A stretch of 62,253 nt of DNA, filler included, from Vannella sp. (lineage: Eukaryota), in NCBI GenBank assembly GCA_023345925.1. It is 8 parts of 8 records of this genome, joined end to end, with 100 filler letters (N's around TTAATTAATTAA, not from the genome) between each part and the next. Parts side by side here need not be neighbours in the genome. Positions count along the whole stretch, not along the records: positions 54,414 to 62,253 come from JAJQQN010000334.1; 7 more parts are not named here. One strand, given 5' to 3'. Within the stretch, counting starts at the first letter, position 1, and the number at the start of each line of letters is the position of its first letter. Of the stretch, positions 59,947 to 62,253 are shown piece after piece. The notes beneath the pieces were generated by a model. It was given only the letters and a program-made list of their open reading frames with translations, searched no databases and had not been told where the DNA came from. The position numbers were made by a program, and so were the translations under genes.

Positions 59947-61589
59947 ATGGCGGAGGAGGGAGGGGACATCTTCACGGACTTTGAGACTCAGAGGGCTGAG
60001 AGGGTGAGAAGAGTGGCTACTACGGACGAGCGGATACACCTGGCTGTTTTGAAGGAGGATGTGGAGGCTGTTAGGCAGCTGCTGACGGTGTTGAGCGTGG
60101 ACGAGATCAACTCGAGGGATGCGAAGGGCAACCCGCCTCTCCACCTCGCTATCCATCTGCAGAACCGGGCCATCACAGAGCTTCTTCTAGAAGCTAATGC
60201 TGATATATCATGGAAGAATGGAGGAGGTACGCTCGCTAAGTTGAGAGAAATCCTCGTTCTTATCCCCTTCAGGATGGTCAACGATTCAGGAAGCCATTGC
60301 AGCGCAGGATATTGAGATGGTAGCTCTTCTTATGGGAGAGGTGAAAGAAGTAGTCAATCAGAAGTTCGAAGAGCGCATTCCTCAGGCCATTCAAGCTCTG
60401 CAGCAGGTTCGTACCCTCCAGTAGAGTTCTCCTGAGGATCCTCACGCAAGATCATCCGGTCAATAGATACCCGACTTCTACATGGAGCTGGGATGGGCCT
60501 TCTCCAGCTGGCTACCGCTTGTGAGCAAGTTCTGTCCGTCAGACAACTATCGAATATGGAAGAAAGGGGCTTGCATCCGCGTTGATACGACCTTAATAGG
60601 CTTTGAGAACCTCCAATGGGTTCGTGGGAATGTCTCTTTCCTCTTCTCAGAGGTACTACAGCGAGGAAATGAGGAGAAAACACCCGGCAGTCATGTCGCC
60701 ATCATCAACCATCAGACTAAGAAGGTTGAATTTGCCTTAGAGAGCTTCAAGAGATACTCTTTAGGCAATAACGACACAGGAGATCTCCAACAAGTGATGC
60801 AGAACTCGCTAATGCGAATGCAATTGAGTTACGAGAATATCACTTTTGCTCGATGTCGAACTTGGCTTGGTTCCTCCAAGACAGAGGATGCAGGAACGTG
60901 GAAGAGGTGTAGTGTGTATGATATTGATGGGATTGAGCGCCATACAGTCAAAAGAGTCTCCAACAGTAGAGCTGCACCGGGTCCAGCCACTCCACAGGAG
61001 CGGCTCATCAACCCTCAGAGTTACTCGTCATCTGAGATTGATCCAGGTGAGGAAAGCTGCTGATGAAGGTCTCAATCATTGCTTACAATCAACAGCATTC
61101 CCCAAAGGGGTCGGACTTTTGCATTCCTATGAACAGCGGAAGGTCTCTGTCAAGTCACATAGCGCGAAAGTGTGGCTCAGTCAAGACTTTCCCGTATCTT
61201 TGGAGGATCTTCTACCTATCTTTGCTATTCTCTCTCCCAACGGGAAGCATTTTGAGAAACTGAAAGAGTTTCTCGCCATCCCACTTCCCGAGAACGGGTT
61301 TCCCGTCAAGATTGGTGAGTTCACTTCTCATCCCTGGCAACGGTTCAGCTGATGGTACTTAGAGATCCCTGTTTTCCCAACCATCTACGGAACAGCAACT
61401 TTCGGAGTCTTCAATGTTGAGCCAGAAATGAGCGATGAGCTGTTTGGTATACCTGAGGGATATAGCATCCTAAGCCCTATGAGGTCTATGATCTTCTCGA
61501 ACAGGAGGAGAGCCAGCAAAGAGCAGACTCAAGAACGAGATCGAGTCATCGCGATCATGGACGCGGGGAAGAAGCCTCCTTTGGAGTAG
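59947..61589 (+). CDS. ANKRD13: ANKRD13 family protein (ankyrin + GPCR-chaperone domain), multi-exon
   Basis: [48 protein letters not shown] and GFPVKI|EIP. Confidence 0.88.
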
Positions 61590-61624
61590 AAGGTCGGCAA
61601 TGAAGTCGAACGATGTATTTACTA

Positions 61625-62253
61625 TCACAGCTTCACCTGGAATGGATCCAAAAGCTCTCTAGGCTCCCACTTTGGTTCCAAAGGGATCGGGTGGGAGCGT
61701 TGGTCATGAGGGGGAATGCGAACAAGATCGGGTAGAACCAAGTAGGGGCCTCCCCAATCTGAGGTAAGCGGACTCCAAGAACTGGGAAAGTTCCAGTTAG
61801 CCATTGTAAGGGCCATCTGGGGACTAGTGGGGGCCCGAATCCTAGGTGGTTGAGATTGATAAAGGACAGGAACGCTCACTGGGAGAGATGGGGTCCATCC
61901 CGACTCAGGTAGTGAAGTGATACTGGTTTTCATGATGGTGAAGGAAGGGTGTTGCCAACTGCTGTCGTACCACGGAATGACAAACTAGTTTCTTCTTCCT
62001 TGAAGATTCTTTGGAAGGCAAGAAGAGAAAGACCCTTTTTTGGAAACAACCCCCTGCTGCCACACAGACCCGTGGTTCGTTGAGTGGATAACTGTGCCTA
62101 TCAGGTTGAAATAGTGCAGTTCAATGGCTTTTGTTGAGAAACGATCGAGGATCACCGATTCGCAAGATTCGTGTTCCGCTGGACTTTTCTCATGAATCGC
62201 CCCTACATGCTGTCTAGGAGGTCAACAGACTCGTTAGCACCCCAAGACCCGGA
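61625..62253 (-). CDS. 3' part of an unidentified spliced gene
   Basis: Open frames HYFNLIGTV...GSVWQQG and FVIPWYD...FQVKL*, probably separated by a short intron. Confidence 0.4.

Overview
Eukaryotic, not prokaryotic, DNA: a very gene-dense protist genome (amoebozoan-like by gene content, which is inference) with many short (~40-65 nt) GT-AG introns. The window is 8 contigs joined by seven artificial 100-nt linkers (N44-TTAATTAATTAA-N44), so adjacency across linkers is meaningless. Most genes are housekeeping: two CstF-64 paralogs, NME6-like NDK, mitochondrial carriers, DNPEP, RhoGAP, RhoGEF, PITHD1, metacaspase, a PMCA Ca-ATPase, a USP, C7orf25, TTC14, NDUFAF5, BTG/Tob, a YbaK-like protein and ANKRD13. 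The standouts are: (1) an accessory contig (35569-42591) with a frameshifted Sola-like transposase, interrupted near its end by a 1.6-kb TA-flanked element with 291-bp inverted repeats, next to a large protein carrying a DUF3990-like ADP-ribosyltransferase-fold domain; (2) an MT-A70 adenine methyltransferase with four ZZ fingers (AMT2/5-like candidate DNA 6mA writer) lying between two CstF-64 paralogs; (3) a putative mitochondrial helical-repeat protein ending in a degenerate RAP/PD-(D/E)xK-like domain; (4) a cNMP-domain/mitochondrial-carrier fusion; (5) an intronless giant DUF3638/DUF3645 SF2-helicase-like protein; (6) an intron-containing bacterial-type TsaE. All family calls come from motif recognition by eye; no searches were run, and exon boundaries are manual.
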